From Octopus sinensis (lineage: Eukaryota), in contig NW_021835144.1 in assembly GCF_006345805.1 (NCBI RefSeq), positions 1 through 42,361 on the forward strand: a stretch of 42,361 nucleotides of DNA, given 5' to 3'. The position numbers were made by a program, and so were the translations under genes. The notes beneath the pieces were generated by a model, which saw nothing but the letters and a program-made list of their open reading frames with translations, was not told the origin of the DNA and did not search any database. Below, in pieces: positions 27,496 through 40,438 of the stretch. Each line of letters starts with the position of its first letter. The stretch's first letter is position 1.

Positions 27496-28742
27496 GTATA
27501 CAAGGTCGACTTTGCTTTCCAATGTTTCGGAATCGTTAAAATAACGAACCAGTTACGTGTTGGGGCCCAATCGAATCGACTATTTCTTCCCCTTAAAATT
27601 ACTAGATTTATCTCCCAAATCTTTTAATCGATTTTCCGCTAAATTGATTAATTAATTAATTAATTTAATTTTTAATTTAATTTTGTGCAACTGCATTACT
27701 TATTTTTATTTTACTTTATTCCACGTTTAATTGTATAACTACTTTTGCCCACCAAACCCGCCTCTACATTTTGGATAACATTTTGTCCCCCATCCCACAC
27801 ACATCTTTCTCATCCCGAATCCCATTTCCTGTTAAATATTTCTCGTCATATTTTGTGTCACGCTGCATTTCCCTGAGAACTACATTAAGGGTACACGTGT
27901 CTGTGGTATACTCGGCCATTTGCAGATAGATTTCGCGAGTAGGTCGTTCTGTTGATCGGATCAACAGGGACCCTCGTCGTCGCAACCGACGAAATCCTTC
28001 TATTGTATGTATGTATGTATGTATGTATGTATGTATGTATGCATGCATGTATGTATGCATGTATGTATGTATGCATGTATGTATGTATGTATGTATGTAT
28101 ATATGTATGTATGTATGTATGCATGTATCTATGTATGTATAAATGTATGTATGCATGTATGTATGTATGCATGTTTTTGTATGTATGCATGAATGCATGC
28201 ATGTATGTACGTACGTATGTATGTATGCATATTTGTATGTATGCATGTATGTATGCATGTATGTATGTATGCATACATGAATGTATGTATGCTTGTATAT
28301 ATGTATGAATGTATGCATGCATGTATATATGAATGTATGTATGTATGAATGTATGCATGAATATATGTATGCTTGTATGTATATATGTATGAATGTATGT
28401 ATGCGCATGTATGCATGAATGATTGTATGTATGAATGTAAGGTCGTGTGTTCGATTCCCAGCGATGCATTGTCTCCTTGAGCAAGACACTTAATTTCACA
28501 TTGCTCCAGTCCACACAACTGACAAAAACGCAATTAAAAGGACCGGCCTTGTCACATTCTGTATCACGCTGCATTTTCCTGAGAACTACGTTATGGGCAC
28601 GTGTGTCTTTGTAGTACCCAGCTACTTCCACGTTAATTCCATAAGCATGCTGTTCGATTGGTCGGATCAACTGGAACCCATGCCATCGTAACCATCAGAG
28701 AGCTAGTTTCTTTTTTTATTTCATTTCATTTTATTTTATTTT

Positions 28743-29122
28743 GGAGGCGCAATGGCCGAGTGGTTAGGGCAGCGGACTCGCGGTCGTAGGATCGCGGTTT
28801 CGATTCCCAGACCGGGTGTTGTGAGTGTTTATTGAGCGAAAACACCTAAAAGCTCCACGAGGCTCTGGCAGGGGATGGTGGTGATCCATGCTGTACTCAT
28901 TCACCACAACTTTCTCTCACTCTTACTTCCTGTTTCTGTTGTACCTGTATTTCAAAGAGCCGGCCTTGTCATTCTCTGTGTCACGCTGAATATCCCCGAG
29001 AACTACGTTAAGGGTACACGTGTCTGTGGAGTGCTCAGCCACTTACACGTTAATTTCACGAGCAGGCTGTTCCGTTGATTCGGATCAACCGGAACCCTCG
29101 TCGTCGTAACCGACGGAGTGCT
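28743..29122 (+). mobile_element. SINE family C, full length
   Basis: A box TGGCCGAGTGG, B box GGTTTCGATTCCC; sits in a (TTTTA)n tract. Tail-related fragments at ~7055-7260, 27850-27995 and 28440-28703. Confidence 0.88.
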
Positions 29123-29219
29123 TCCACCACCATTTTATTTTATTTTATTTCAATGCAACTCTACTCTGGTTTCTCTTCACCTCGAACAGATCATATTTCA
29201 TTGTAGCTCTTCGACCCTC

Positions 29220-29625
29220 CTGGCTGGCTTATGGGTTGGTAGAATCGTGAAAGCAAAGGATAAAATGCTTTACAGCATTTGATCCAATTCTCTACTGTTA
29301 CAGTTCAAACAAAATTCTCATTAGGTCAACTTTACTTTTCCCCTTTTCCGGATCGATAAGTAGTGCTGGGGTCAATTTAACAAACCTTACCTCAACCCCC
29401 CCACCACCACCACCACCTCTAATTTAAGGCCTTATGCCTATGTGAAACATTCATAGTTTACAGGGTGGTAGATTGGCAAAATCGTTAGAGTGCCGGACGA
29501 AACTGTTTGACGTATTTCTTAAAGTTCTCTACAATTCTGAGTTCAAATCCCGTCAAGGTGAACTTTTCCTTCTATCCGATCAAGGTGGATAAAACTGAAT
29601 ACCAGTCTAACACTGGGATCGATGG
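29220..29625 (+). mobile_element. Two degenerate SINE family A copies
   Basis: ggtagaatcg..aggtcaactttac..gatcgataag and ttggcaaaatcgttagag..ctgagttcaaatcc..taccag. Confidence 0.65.
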
Positions 29626-29790
29626 TAAACATTGCTGACGTTGTGACTGGTCTGGAAACCATTATTATCATTGGAGAGTATTGTAGTTCGCTTGAAGCAT
29701 TGTGCAATGTTTGTAAAGAATAAAATATTTTGAATGACACAACAATGCACTATAATACAAACAATGCTGTAATTTAATCATCCATAGTCT

Positions 29791-29830
29791 GATATAATAT
29801 TTCGGAATAAAAATTCCTTCTTCAGATATC
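29791..29830 (-). ncRNA. Minimal type-I hammerhead ribozyme, intact core with extra A
   Basis: Reverse complement: GATAT-CTGAAGA-A-GGAAT tttt ATTCC-GAA-ATAT-T-ATATC; perfect 5-bp stems I and II, ATAT palindrome as stem III, AUU site. Confidence 0.75.
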
Positions 29831-29943
29831 CATAGGAATCAATGGAGTCGCTGCTATAATCTGTTTTCCAACGGCTTTTTCTCGTTTTTTTTTTCAATTC
29901 TATTTCCAGTTCTTGCTGAGTGTCTTCCTGACACCTAAGGCAC

Positions 29944-30011
<68 letters not shown>

Positions 30012-30027
30012 TTATTATTATTATTAT

Positions 30028-30306
30028 TTCCGTAGTTGTATTTTTATAGCGTGCTTTCACTTCACTACCGAGCGCAGCTCTGTGTGCCTTGGTATGTGCT
30101 GTGATTTGTTGTGATGCTCGATGGTTTATTGTATGAAAGTGTTCTGCGTAGGATGTGTGCAGTCCTAGTAGTGCAATTTTCTGTATGTTATACGTGTTTG
30201 TAAGTCCTGGTGTTTTTTGTTATGTATTTTTTTCTTAATATTTTTTTATCATGCCTAAGCACCTACTATCATAGGAATTGTTTCTGTTTTCAGATTCCAC
30301 ATTCTG

Positions 30307-30308
<2 letters not shown>
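30028..30308 (-). mobile_element. 5'-truncated R4/Dong-like non-LTR retrotransposon 3' end in (TAA)n
   Basis: Minus strand with frameshifts reads RMWNLKTE..IP..YITKTPGLTNTYNIQKIALL..AHILRRTLSY, then a 3' UTR; (TTA)n on both sides. Confidence 0.75.
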
Positions 30309-30367
<59 letters not shown>

Positions 30368-30748
30368 TTTTATTATATGTTTGGCTTTTGTTTTGTGTTT
30401 GTGCAAGCTGACTCCAAATCTCACCCAGAGACAAGTTAGAAGTTCACAAGTTGGTATTATGACTAGAGTTCCATGTATTTGATATTGCACAAGATAATGT
30501 TCTAGAGAATGTCTGTGAAAACATAAGAAAATTAAATGTTTGTTTTAAAAGCAATTTGATTATAAGATGATAGTATGATGTTAAGATTACAGTAAAAGGT
30601 GATTATTATTATTATTATCATCATTATTATTATTATTATTATTATTGTTATTATTATTATTATTACTATTATTATTATTATTATTATTTTATTATTATTA
30701 TCATTATTATTATTACTATTACTATTACTATTACTATTATTAATATTA

Positions 30749-31402
<654 letters not shown>

Positions 31403-31427
31403 ATTATTATTATTATTATTATCTTTA

Positions 31428-31469
<42 letters not shown>

Positions 31470-31694
31470 GAAATATTAAAATTGCTAAGTCTCTCTAAAG
31501 GAGACTATGGCAGCGGTACTGGATATTAATAGTTATCGCCAAGCTAATATGGTAGTCCATAAATATAAGACTAAAGCTGCCGTTGATTAGCTCCAAGAGG
31601 CCATCGCCTCTAGCTAGCTATATGACACACGAACCTGTATCCATTATAACCTTCGAACAGGGGAGGTCAGCCGCTTCCCCTTGCTGGTCAGACA

Positions 31695-31737
31695 TCTGCA
31701 GACATGTTTCAGGATATTTGCCCTTTATCAATGCAGA
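31695..31737 (-). ncRNA. Minimal type-I hammerhead ribozyme, inverted second copy
   Basis: Reverse complement reads TCTGCA-TTGATAA-AGGG caaata TCCT-GAA-ACATGT-C-TGCAGA; the stem II change gives a G-U pair and the other change is in the loop. Confidence 0.83.
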
Positions 31738-32077
31738 GTAGCCAGACCCAGCAGGCGTCGCTACTAACCGTCTGTTCGAAGGATTATTTACCTAATTTCA
31801 GTGGTTATAATGGACACAGGTTCGTGTGTCATATAGCTAGCTAGAGGCGATGGCCTCTTGGAGGTAATCAACGGCAGCTTTAGTCTTATATTTATGGACT
31901 ACCATATTAGCTTGGCGATAACTATTAATATCCAGTACCGCTGCCGTAGTCTCCTTTAGAGAGACTTAGAAACTTTAATATTTCTATTTTTGAAAACCAG
32001 TGGATGTATGCCACTGAAATTAGGTAAATTATCCTTCGAACAGACGGTTAGTAGCGACGCCTGCTGGGTCTGGCTAC

Positions 32078-32120
32078 TCTGCATTGATAAAGGGAAAATA
32101 CCCTGAAACATGTCTGCAGA
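32078..32120 (+). ncRNA. Minimal type-I hammerhead ribozyme, U3:A8 core variant
   Basis: TCTGCA-TTGATAA-AGGG aaaata CCCT-GAA-ACATGT-C-TGCAGA: 6-bp stem I, 4-bp stem II, palindromic stem III, GUC site (cut after 32114). Confidence 0.85.
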
Positions 32121-32289
32121 TGTCTGACCAGCAAGGGGAAGCGGCTGACCTCCCCTGTTCGAAGGTTATAATGGACACAGGTTCGTGTGTCATATAGCTA
32201 GCTAGAGGCGATGGCCTCTTGGAGGTAATCAACGGCAGCTTTAGTCTTATATTTATGGACTACCATATTAGCTTGGCGATAACTATAAA

Positions 32290-32332
<43 letters not shown>

Positions 32333-32845
32333 GAGTGAGAGAGCAGTTCATGCCATCAAAGTGACACTGGGGTAAAATATACGAAGCCCAATATACCCAT
32401 GCAACTACCCGTCTGATAAGGGTCACCAGGCACATGCATCACCCATGTGTGCGCGACATGGTGATCTTATATCAAGATAAACAGCACATGACCTTGCAGG
32501 TGGGGCCCAGTTAGAATTTTCTTCAGGTTGAGTAGCCCATCCCGCTCAAAGGTCCCTGAATAAGGTTGTTTAAGGATATTGAAAGAACCACCCATGTTTC
32601 CAGAGGTGAATTATTCAAACCCCAAGAATCCCTCTCAACACATGGCTATGATGCTCCCCCATTATCGTCAGCCACTAAGGGACTTGCTCACTGGTTATGG
32701 TCAAACAACTGACAAGCAAATATGTGGTATTGAGCAGAATATTTGCTGTAGCCCATCTTATACCAAAACAAAACAATGTACATGATAACACTTCCAATCA
32801 GTTAAGATCAGAAGCCATGAGAGCACTGCCTGGTACTGCATCAGG

Positions 32846-32848
<3 letters not shown>
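32333..32848. mobile_element. Unclassified ~515-bp non-coding insertion in (TTA)n
   Basis: Complex sequence sharply bounded by TTA repeats on both sides; no convincing ORF. Confidence 0.45.
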
Positions 32849-32897
<49 letters not shown>

Positions 32898-32952
32898 TAT
32901 TATCATTATTATATTATCATTATCATTATTATTATTATCATCATTATTATTA

Positions 32953-32990
<38 letters not shown>

Positions 32991-33018
32991 GTTATTATTA
33001 TTATCATGGCTATTTTTA

Positions 33019-33170
33019 TGCTGAGTTCGAATTCTGCAGCGGTCGACTTTGCCGTTCATTCCTTTCGGGGTCGATAAAAATAAGTACCAGATGAGATGAG
33101 AACTGGGGTTTATGGTATTGAATTAGCCCCTTACCCGAAATGGTTGGCCCTGGGCCAAAATTTCCAAATA
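33019..33170 (+). mobile_element. 5'-truncated SINE family A
   Basis: ctgagttcgaattc..ggtcgactttgccgttcattcctttcggggtcgataaaaataagtaccag. Confidence 0.75.
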
Positions 33171-33557
33171 TTATTATTGTTGTTGTTGTTGCTGCTGCTG
33201 CTGCTGCTGCTGTTCCTGTCGTTGTTATAAGAATGCAGAATGCATAACAGAAAAGGGCGTATGCTTTTAATTTCTCATATACATACATACATACATACAT
33301 ACATACATACATACATACATACATACATACATACATCATATATATATATATTTATATATATATATATATATATATAATGTATGCAAATATGCCGAGATAC
33401 GTGTTCGTATGCATGCGTGTTATGTACACACACACACACTCATACATATATATATATATATGTATTCATATATCTATATAAATATACATATATATGTATA
33501 TGTGTATATATTTATATATGCACACCCAAACATGCATATATATCTACAAAATATATA

Positions 33558-33600
<43 letters not shown>

Positions 33601-33912
33601 CATATATATAAAATAGTATATATATGTATGTATATATATATATATATATATATAGATATATATATATATATATATATTCGTTCCACTTTGAAGAAGCGTC
33701 GGAATATTCAAACAATGCTTAAGATGGATTATAATGATGCAAGTTTTGTTTTATTACTTAGAGATCCTTGCAGTACTTTCCTTCACACTCCCTCTCTCTC
33801 TCTCTCTCTCTCTCCCTCTCTTTCTCTCTCTCTCTCCCTGTCATACACGTATACACACACACAGGCGCAAATATACTCACATATGTATTTACACACGCAT
33901 AGAAAGGAAGAA

Positions 33913-33965
<53 letters not shown>

Positions 33966-33994
33966 AGATAGATAGATAGACATATGGATAGATT

Positions 33995-34071
<77 letters not shown>

Positions 34072-34374
34072 GTAGGTAGAAAGCAGGAGGGAGTGCGTTA
34101 ATGAGAAATCCATTTACGTATTGTTGTCTTATGAATTATATTTGTGGGAGGGCTCCAAAGATGTTTGCCAAGAGAGAGCTGCTGGCCTAATGAAATCATC
34201 AACAGATGGTCTGAGCGAAACAAACAGGGAAGAGGCCTGATGGGTGAGCAGGGGGAGGGGAAGAAACCTTCACATCGGCATCGCGTACGCATAGCTGCTA
34301 GTGCGCATGCGTCTGTGAGCGTGCTTGTGTGCGTCTCAGTGTGAGGGTGTGCCTGTGTGCGTGTGTGTATCTGT

Positions 34375-34665
34375 GGGTGTACGGTTGTGTGTGTGTGTAT
34401 GGTTTTTGTGTGTAAGGATGTGTGTATGTGTGTACGGTTGTGTGTTTGTGTATGGTTGTGTGTGTAAGGTTGGGTGTGTAAGGTTGTGTGTGTGTGTGGT
34501 TTTGCGTGTAAGGCTGTGTGTATGTATGTGTACGGTTGTGTGTTTGTGCATGGTTGTGTGTGTACGGTTGTGTGTGTATGTATGATTGCGTGTGTATGTA
34601 TGGTTTTGTGTTTGTACGGTTGTGTGTGTGTACGGTTGTGTGTGTGTGTACGGTTGTGTGTGCGC
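34375..34665 (+). repeat. (TG)n-derived minisatellite with recurring TACGGTTGTGTG / TAAGGTTG units
   Basis: Direct reading; ~14-20 bp period. Confidence 0.8.
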
Positions 34666-34821
34666 GTGCCTTTGTGTGAATGTATGTGTTTGTGAGAGAC
34701 AAAGAGTGTACACATGCATCAATATGTGTGCGCATACATATGTATGTATATATATATGTATATATATATATATATATGTATACATATATATGTATGTATG
34801 TATGTATGTATATATGTATAA

Positions 34822-34854
<33 letters not shown>

Positions 34855-35083
34855 GCAAACACGACTAAATAAATAGTTGAAACTGCTGGCCTTGTGCCAA
34901 AATCTGAAACCATTATCAATTAGATGGATGTACTAATTAATATTCATTTTGAAGGCTGCTTCTACTGCTAATAGCTAATTTATTCAGTGCTCATCAGCTT
35001 TTTCGTGCATCAGTGGTTGTTTGGCCAGTATTACGCTTTATCGGTTTGGGTGATTTTCGATCTGGCATTCAGAGCTTGACTAG

Positions 35084-35131
35084 CTGTTGCTGATGATCCG
35101 CAAATTACGGTGAAATCACGTGATATAGTGG
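35084..35131 (+). ncRNA. Type-I hammerhead ribozyme motif, partly decayed
   Basis: CTGTTG-CTGATGA-tCCG caaatta CGGt-GAA-ATCACGTGAT-A-TAGTGG; canonical core, 10-nt palindromic stem III, G-U-rich stem I, first stem II pair mismatched. Confidence 0.7.
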
Positions 35132-35744
35132 TTCCAACCACCAGTGCTGACGAAAATGTTGTCAGCCGATATAGAAGTAGTCTGGGCTTGTTAGCATTTG
35201 TTACCTACACGACATGATTTCTCGAGACGTATACCGCAGTTTAAGGCGTTCTAAAAGAAAAAAAAAACACATCTCATTTAGGCTGGATGCTCTGATCTTA
35301 TAGATAGGCACCGAATTAGTACAAGGGATGATGAAATTCTTAAATTCTTGTTGCATGATGCTAATTATTGTAATAACCATTCTCCGATCTTTTGACATAT
35401 TTGTAAAGAAAGATTTCCAGTTCGCTTCACCCACCCGCATGGGTAGAGCCGTAAACAAAGCTGCATTGGAATGTGTACCTCGGATGGATATGTACGGCAG
35501 CTGAACCAACTGAATGCACATAAATGCTACGTCACAAGACATTTGGATATGTATGCAACAGAAACACGTGTCGCATTGGAATCTAATGTGAATCTAATGA
35601 GAATAAAACTGTAATAAACAAGTTTTGAAGTTATATAATCCTCCACTCATCTTTATGATGTGTATATATGTGTGTGTGTGCGTGCGTGTGTGTATGTATG
35701 TATATGTATATGAATGCATGTATGTATGTATATATGTATATCAA

Positions 35745-36050
35745 ATGGTGGAGGAACTCTTGAGAGTCAACGGCCATCCAATAAATGTCTTAAGGCTGTA
35801 TCATGCGCGGGGTCATAGAAATAATCGGAATGAATACCCGATCGCGCGGTTAAACCATTGGGAGTGAAGGACTCCTAGCCTTTGTTAGGGCATCCTTCTA
35901 GGAGAAGGTAACTCAGGTAACTGGGATAACTCCGACATAAAACCTGTGGCTCAGTGGTTACTGATGATGTTGACTTGTTCTTCTTTTCGGATTATAGCTG
36001 CTGTTGCTTAGTGAGTGGGATTGACTCAGTGCACAGCCTTTCCTCACTTT
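35745..36050 (+). mobile_element. Possible RTE-type LINE 5' UTR-derived repeat
   Basis: ttagggcatccttctaggagaaggtaactc resembles a motif I recall from RTE 5' UTRs; no ORF follows. Confidence 0.3.
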
Positions 36051-36232
36051 AAAAATAATCTTCTTGCACAGGCATTGCACGATAGCAACATTGTTCGTGA
36101 TTGTTGGTGGTGCTGTGAGTCTCAACTGAATGGCTAGCTGTAGCCTTAAAAAGCAAATAAAAGTCACATTCGATCTCAGCACCAATAACAGTTAAGCTTC
36201 GTGCAATGGCCATACTCGATAACGAGGGAGCA

Positions 36233-36278
<46 letters not shown>

Positions 36279-36488
36279 GTTTAGCAGAAGCAATAAAGTG
36301 ACTCAAGGTGTGCCATTTAGCAGAGTGCCAACGCACGAAACTATTAGACCTTGAGTCACTCTGAAATACATGTACTCATAGTTTGAGTTCTATTTTTCCT
36401 GTTTGTATCAACGTGCCTATATATATACAGACAGACAAACAACCAGCCAGCTAGCCAGACAGACAGACAGGCAGACAGACAGACAGAC

Positions 36489-36564
<76 letters not shown>

Positions 36565-36782
36565 GAAAGTTTAAGTCAGCCTTCCTTTTACATGTATACA
36601 CGTATATATATTTTGTACCTTTAAACCCAAGGTTTTTATTTGTTCATTTGAATAATTGTCTCCATATCTGCTTACTCGGCTTCCCCTAATGGCCACTCTT
36701 TACTCTCCTAACTTGATCTTCGGTGAAGACATCGGGGTGTAAGTTGAAATCATTTGAACGCTACTAAGTGTTTTCTATACTG

Positions 36783-36841
<59 letters not shown>

Positions 36842-36887
36842 CTCTCCCTAGGTACATACATAATACGTACATATATATATATATAAA

Positions 36888-36926
<39 letters not shown>

Positions 36927-36933
36927 TAAATAT

Positions 36934-36964
<31 letters not shown>

Positions 36965-37322
36965 TAATAAATAAAACATATGCATATATATATAAACATA
37001 TATGTACGTACCTACCTCTACATGTATATATACACGCATATATGAGTACAGGACACCAAAAAAAAAAACGTCGAACACAATGAGAAACGAAAACATAGAC
37101 ACAAACCCAAGGAACTGGACATTTTTTTAAACAACAAAAAAATAGAGTACAGGACAATTAACACAAAGAGAAAACCCCTTCTTCAGTCGCCATGGTTTCA
37201 TCTACTCTATATATATATATACCAGAGCAAGCACATGAATGCGAAACAAGGTAGAAAAAATAGTAATCGAATGCGAGAGATAGAGTATTATGCTTTATTA
37301 AAAGGCAGCAAAAAATCAAAAG

Positions 37323-37362
37323 ACTGTTACTCAGAATTTCACGTTCCCGTTCGTCGGACAGT
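37323..37362 (-). ncRNA. Minimal hammerhead-like motif, C4 variant
   Basis: Reverse complement: ACTGT-CCGACGA-ACG ggaa CGT-GAA-ATTC t GAGT-A-ACAGT; three stems present, GUA site. Confidence 0.7.
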
Positions 37363-37383
37363 TTTGTTCAGATTCTAAACCAA

Positions 37384-37424
37384 ACTGCCCGACGAAGGGG
37401 AACGTGAAAGCCCTGAGTAACAGT
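37384..37424 (+). ncRNA. Decayed inverted copy of the C4-variant hammerhead-like motif
   Basis: actgc-CCGACGA-agg ggaa cgt-GAAA-gccctgagt-a-acagt; mismatches in all stems relative to 37323-37362. Confidence 0.5.
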
Positions 37425-37507
37425 TTTTTGTGATATTGTTGCTACTTTTTAATAAAGTGCCCCAGCATTGCCACAGCTCGAGAACTGAAACTAGATGAAA
37501 TATATAT

Positions 37508-37626
37508 ATCACCGTCACCGTGTTTGACCAGACTATCAGATGTTGCTACACATCGCTGGTCACAATGCGCTTCGCATTGTTTTTGCCTTCAAATGACGCC
37601 ACCCCGCTAGCTAAGAGAGCAGGCCA
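37508..37626 (+). repeat. ~115-bp interspersed repeat in (TA)n; second copy at 41385-41502
   Basis: gaccagac.atcagatgttgctacacatcgctggtcacaatgcg.ttcgcattgtttt.gccttc..gagcaggcc in both. Confidence 0.85.
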
Positions 37627-37642
37627 GATGATATATATATAT

Positions 37643-37690
<48 letters not shown>

Positions 37691-37736
37691 ATTATATATA
37701 TATGTAAAATAATATGCGACAATTATTCAATAGCCA

Positions 37737-37799
37737 AGATAAAACTCTGAGTTTCGGATGCCGAAGTGGAAATCCACAACACCATCTCTTCGGTTATCT
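37737..37799 (-). ncRNA. Hammerhead-like motif, C4 variant with long stem II
   Basis: Reverse complement: AGATAA-CCGAAGA-GATG..GTGG attt CCAC..CATC c-GAA-ACTC a GAGT-T-TTATCT; 6-bp stem I, near-palindromic stem III, GUU site. Confidence 0.68.
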
Positions 37800-37828
37800 G
37801 GCCATCTCCTCTATTTACATAATATTGA

Positions 37829-38173
<345 letters not shown>

Positions 38174-39080
38174 TGATTCTCTGTGACAAAGTGTATATCA
38201 TCATATCGCAAACGCCTTTGCCATTTCTCGGCTCAGCCATTTCGCAATACAACCTATTGCTCCAATTACAGTATTTCTCACTCCAAATAACATTCTAGAC
38301 CACCACCACTACACAGTACTCCTGTAACTACAACCACCACCACTCAACTCAGATTGATCCATACTGTTGTCTACACGATATGATTTCTCGCGTCGTTTAC
38401 CACAGTCTAAGGCGTTCTAAACAACATGTAAGTTTGGTTGGCTGCGCTAATTAATATTCGCTATAAAGGCTGCTTCTAATGCTAATAGCTAATAGACGCG
38501 GCTGTGTGGTAAGAGCTACGAGAAGCATTTATCTCAAGTTTCGTGAAGACACGTGATTTTGTCATTGTTTCATATCCTCATCGCTTCCTCACTCACAGCT
38601 CAAACTCACGCATGCGCATACACACGTATATTTACGTGCACAGAGACGTACACACACCTACACACGTACATAGACGTACACACTTGCATATAGATATTCA
38701 AACTCATTTCCTTATTCACACACATGTATACTTAATTAATTGTTAAAGCTCGTACCACTGGTTTCGTACGTCATCTCTTCGCTTTTTTTTTTTGGTTTAC
38801 ATTTTAACTTCTGTGTCATCTCTCTCCTCCTCTATCTCCCCCTCCCTTTCCCTCTCTCTCCCCCCCTCTCTCTCTACCTATCTATCTATCTATTTTTGTA
38901 TATAGTTTATGTTTTTTCGTCAGTAATCCTACTTATTTACCCTTCCAAACAACTGTCCAACGATCTCTCTATATACCTATCTTTCTATGTCTCTGTCACT
39001 ACATATATATGAGTAAAAGTGTGTGTGTGCGTGTGTGTATGTGTGTGTGTTGTGTGTGTGTGTGTGTGTGTGTGTGTTTA

Positions 39081-39292
39081 AGGCAATCAACTGGCAGAAT
39101 CGTTAGCACACCAGACAAAGTTCTTAGTGAAGCGACATGTTTTCTGGCGTTACCTTCTGGGTTCAAATTTCACCGATATCGACTATGACTGTCATCTTTT
39201 CGGCGAATGCCAGGTTGATGAAAATTCCTAGTCCCCTCTTCTGCCCCCCCCCCCACCACCAATCTCAGTTTTGTACCTATTATAGGAAGGAT
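39081..39292 (+). mobile_element. Degenerate SINE family A
   Basis: aggcaatcaactggcagaatcgttagcac..ctgggttcaaatttcaccga. Confidence 0.7.
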
Positions 39293-39395
39293 TATATGCG
39301 TATGGGTAGCTACACCAGCAAACAAACACACACGTATTATTATATCTACATATATACATACATATACACGCATACGTGCATACACATACACACAC

Positions 39396-39456
<61 letters not shown>

Positions 39457-39557
39457 GCACATATAAGTATACATACACACATATATGCATACAGACACGT
39501 ACGAGTACATACATATATACATACATACATGCATGCATACATACATACATACATACA

Positions 39558-39589
<32 letters not shown>

Positions 39590-40375
39590 CACATATATAC
39601 ACATATACATACAAACACACATACTCGCATACACACATTCACATACATACATACAAACATGCATACACTCATACTCACACACATACATACACACATACAC
39701 ACACATACACATAGCTACACACACATACATACACACATACACACATAGACATACATACATACATGCATATACATGCGTTTACACATACATACATACATAC
39801 ATACATGCATACATATACACACATAGATACGTACATACATACATGCATACATGCATACATACACGCATATACACATGTGTATACACGCATACATACATAC
39901 ATACATACATACATACATACATACACATTCATCAGTCTCAAGTTTCCCGGTCTCTCCATTTTTATCCCTTTCCCCCTTTCCTCGTTTTCCTGATTACTTT
40001 TCTAGAAGACGTCAACGGTTTTTGTCTTTTAAACTAATTCTTTTTTGCATTTATCTCCCTTCAAAAGCCTGACTGTCTGACAGAGACAGAATAAAGTGAA
40101 CCGCAGAGAAAGAAACCGTAGGAAGAAGAGAGAGAGAGAGAGAGAGAGAGAGATAGTGGGGATATATAATGGGAGAAGGTGTACGATATAGAGGGGGGAA
40201 AGGTTGACAGAGCAGCATGGGAAGGAGAGAGAGATAGAGGGGAAGAGAGAAAGAGAGAACGTTAAGTATACAAGTAAATAGACAGACGAATGAGTTGGCA
40301 GACAACCTAGGATATGGAATAGCTGGACTAATTACCATACACATACACGCCACATTATATATATATAAATATAAT

Positions 40376-40438
<63 letters not shown>

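Larger units (their letters stand above)
31468..32292. mobile_element. Non-coding Penelope-type pseudo-LTR / retrozyme-like element: inverted copy plus partial tandem of a 361-bp unit
   Basis: Blocks A(31468-31651) B(31652-31804) rcA(31803-31986) spacer rcB(32011-32163) partial rcA(32164-32292). rcA copies are 361 bp apart, B holds the hammerhead, and the element is flanked by (TTA)n. Confidence 0.8.

Noticed and set aside
28743-28815. tRNA gene (also SINE heads at 7643, 8368, 20967)
   Set aside because: A and B boxes are present but there is no complete cloverleaf, and the sequence continues into repeated SINE bodies.
34940-35200. Extra core words: CTGATGA on minus (~34991) and CTGACGA on plus (~35148)
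   Set aside because: Neither is followed by a stem II and GAAA. The same holds for isolated core words near 9725, 25861, 32519, 35961, 37180, 38917, 39930 and 41139.
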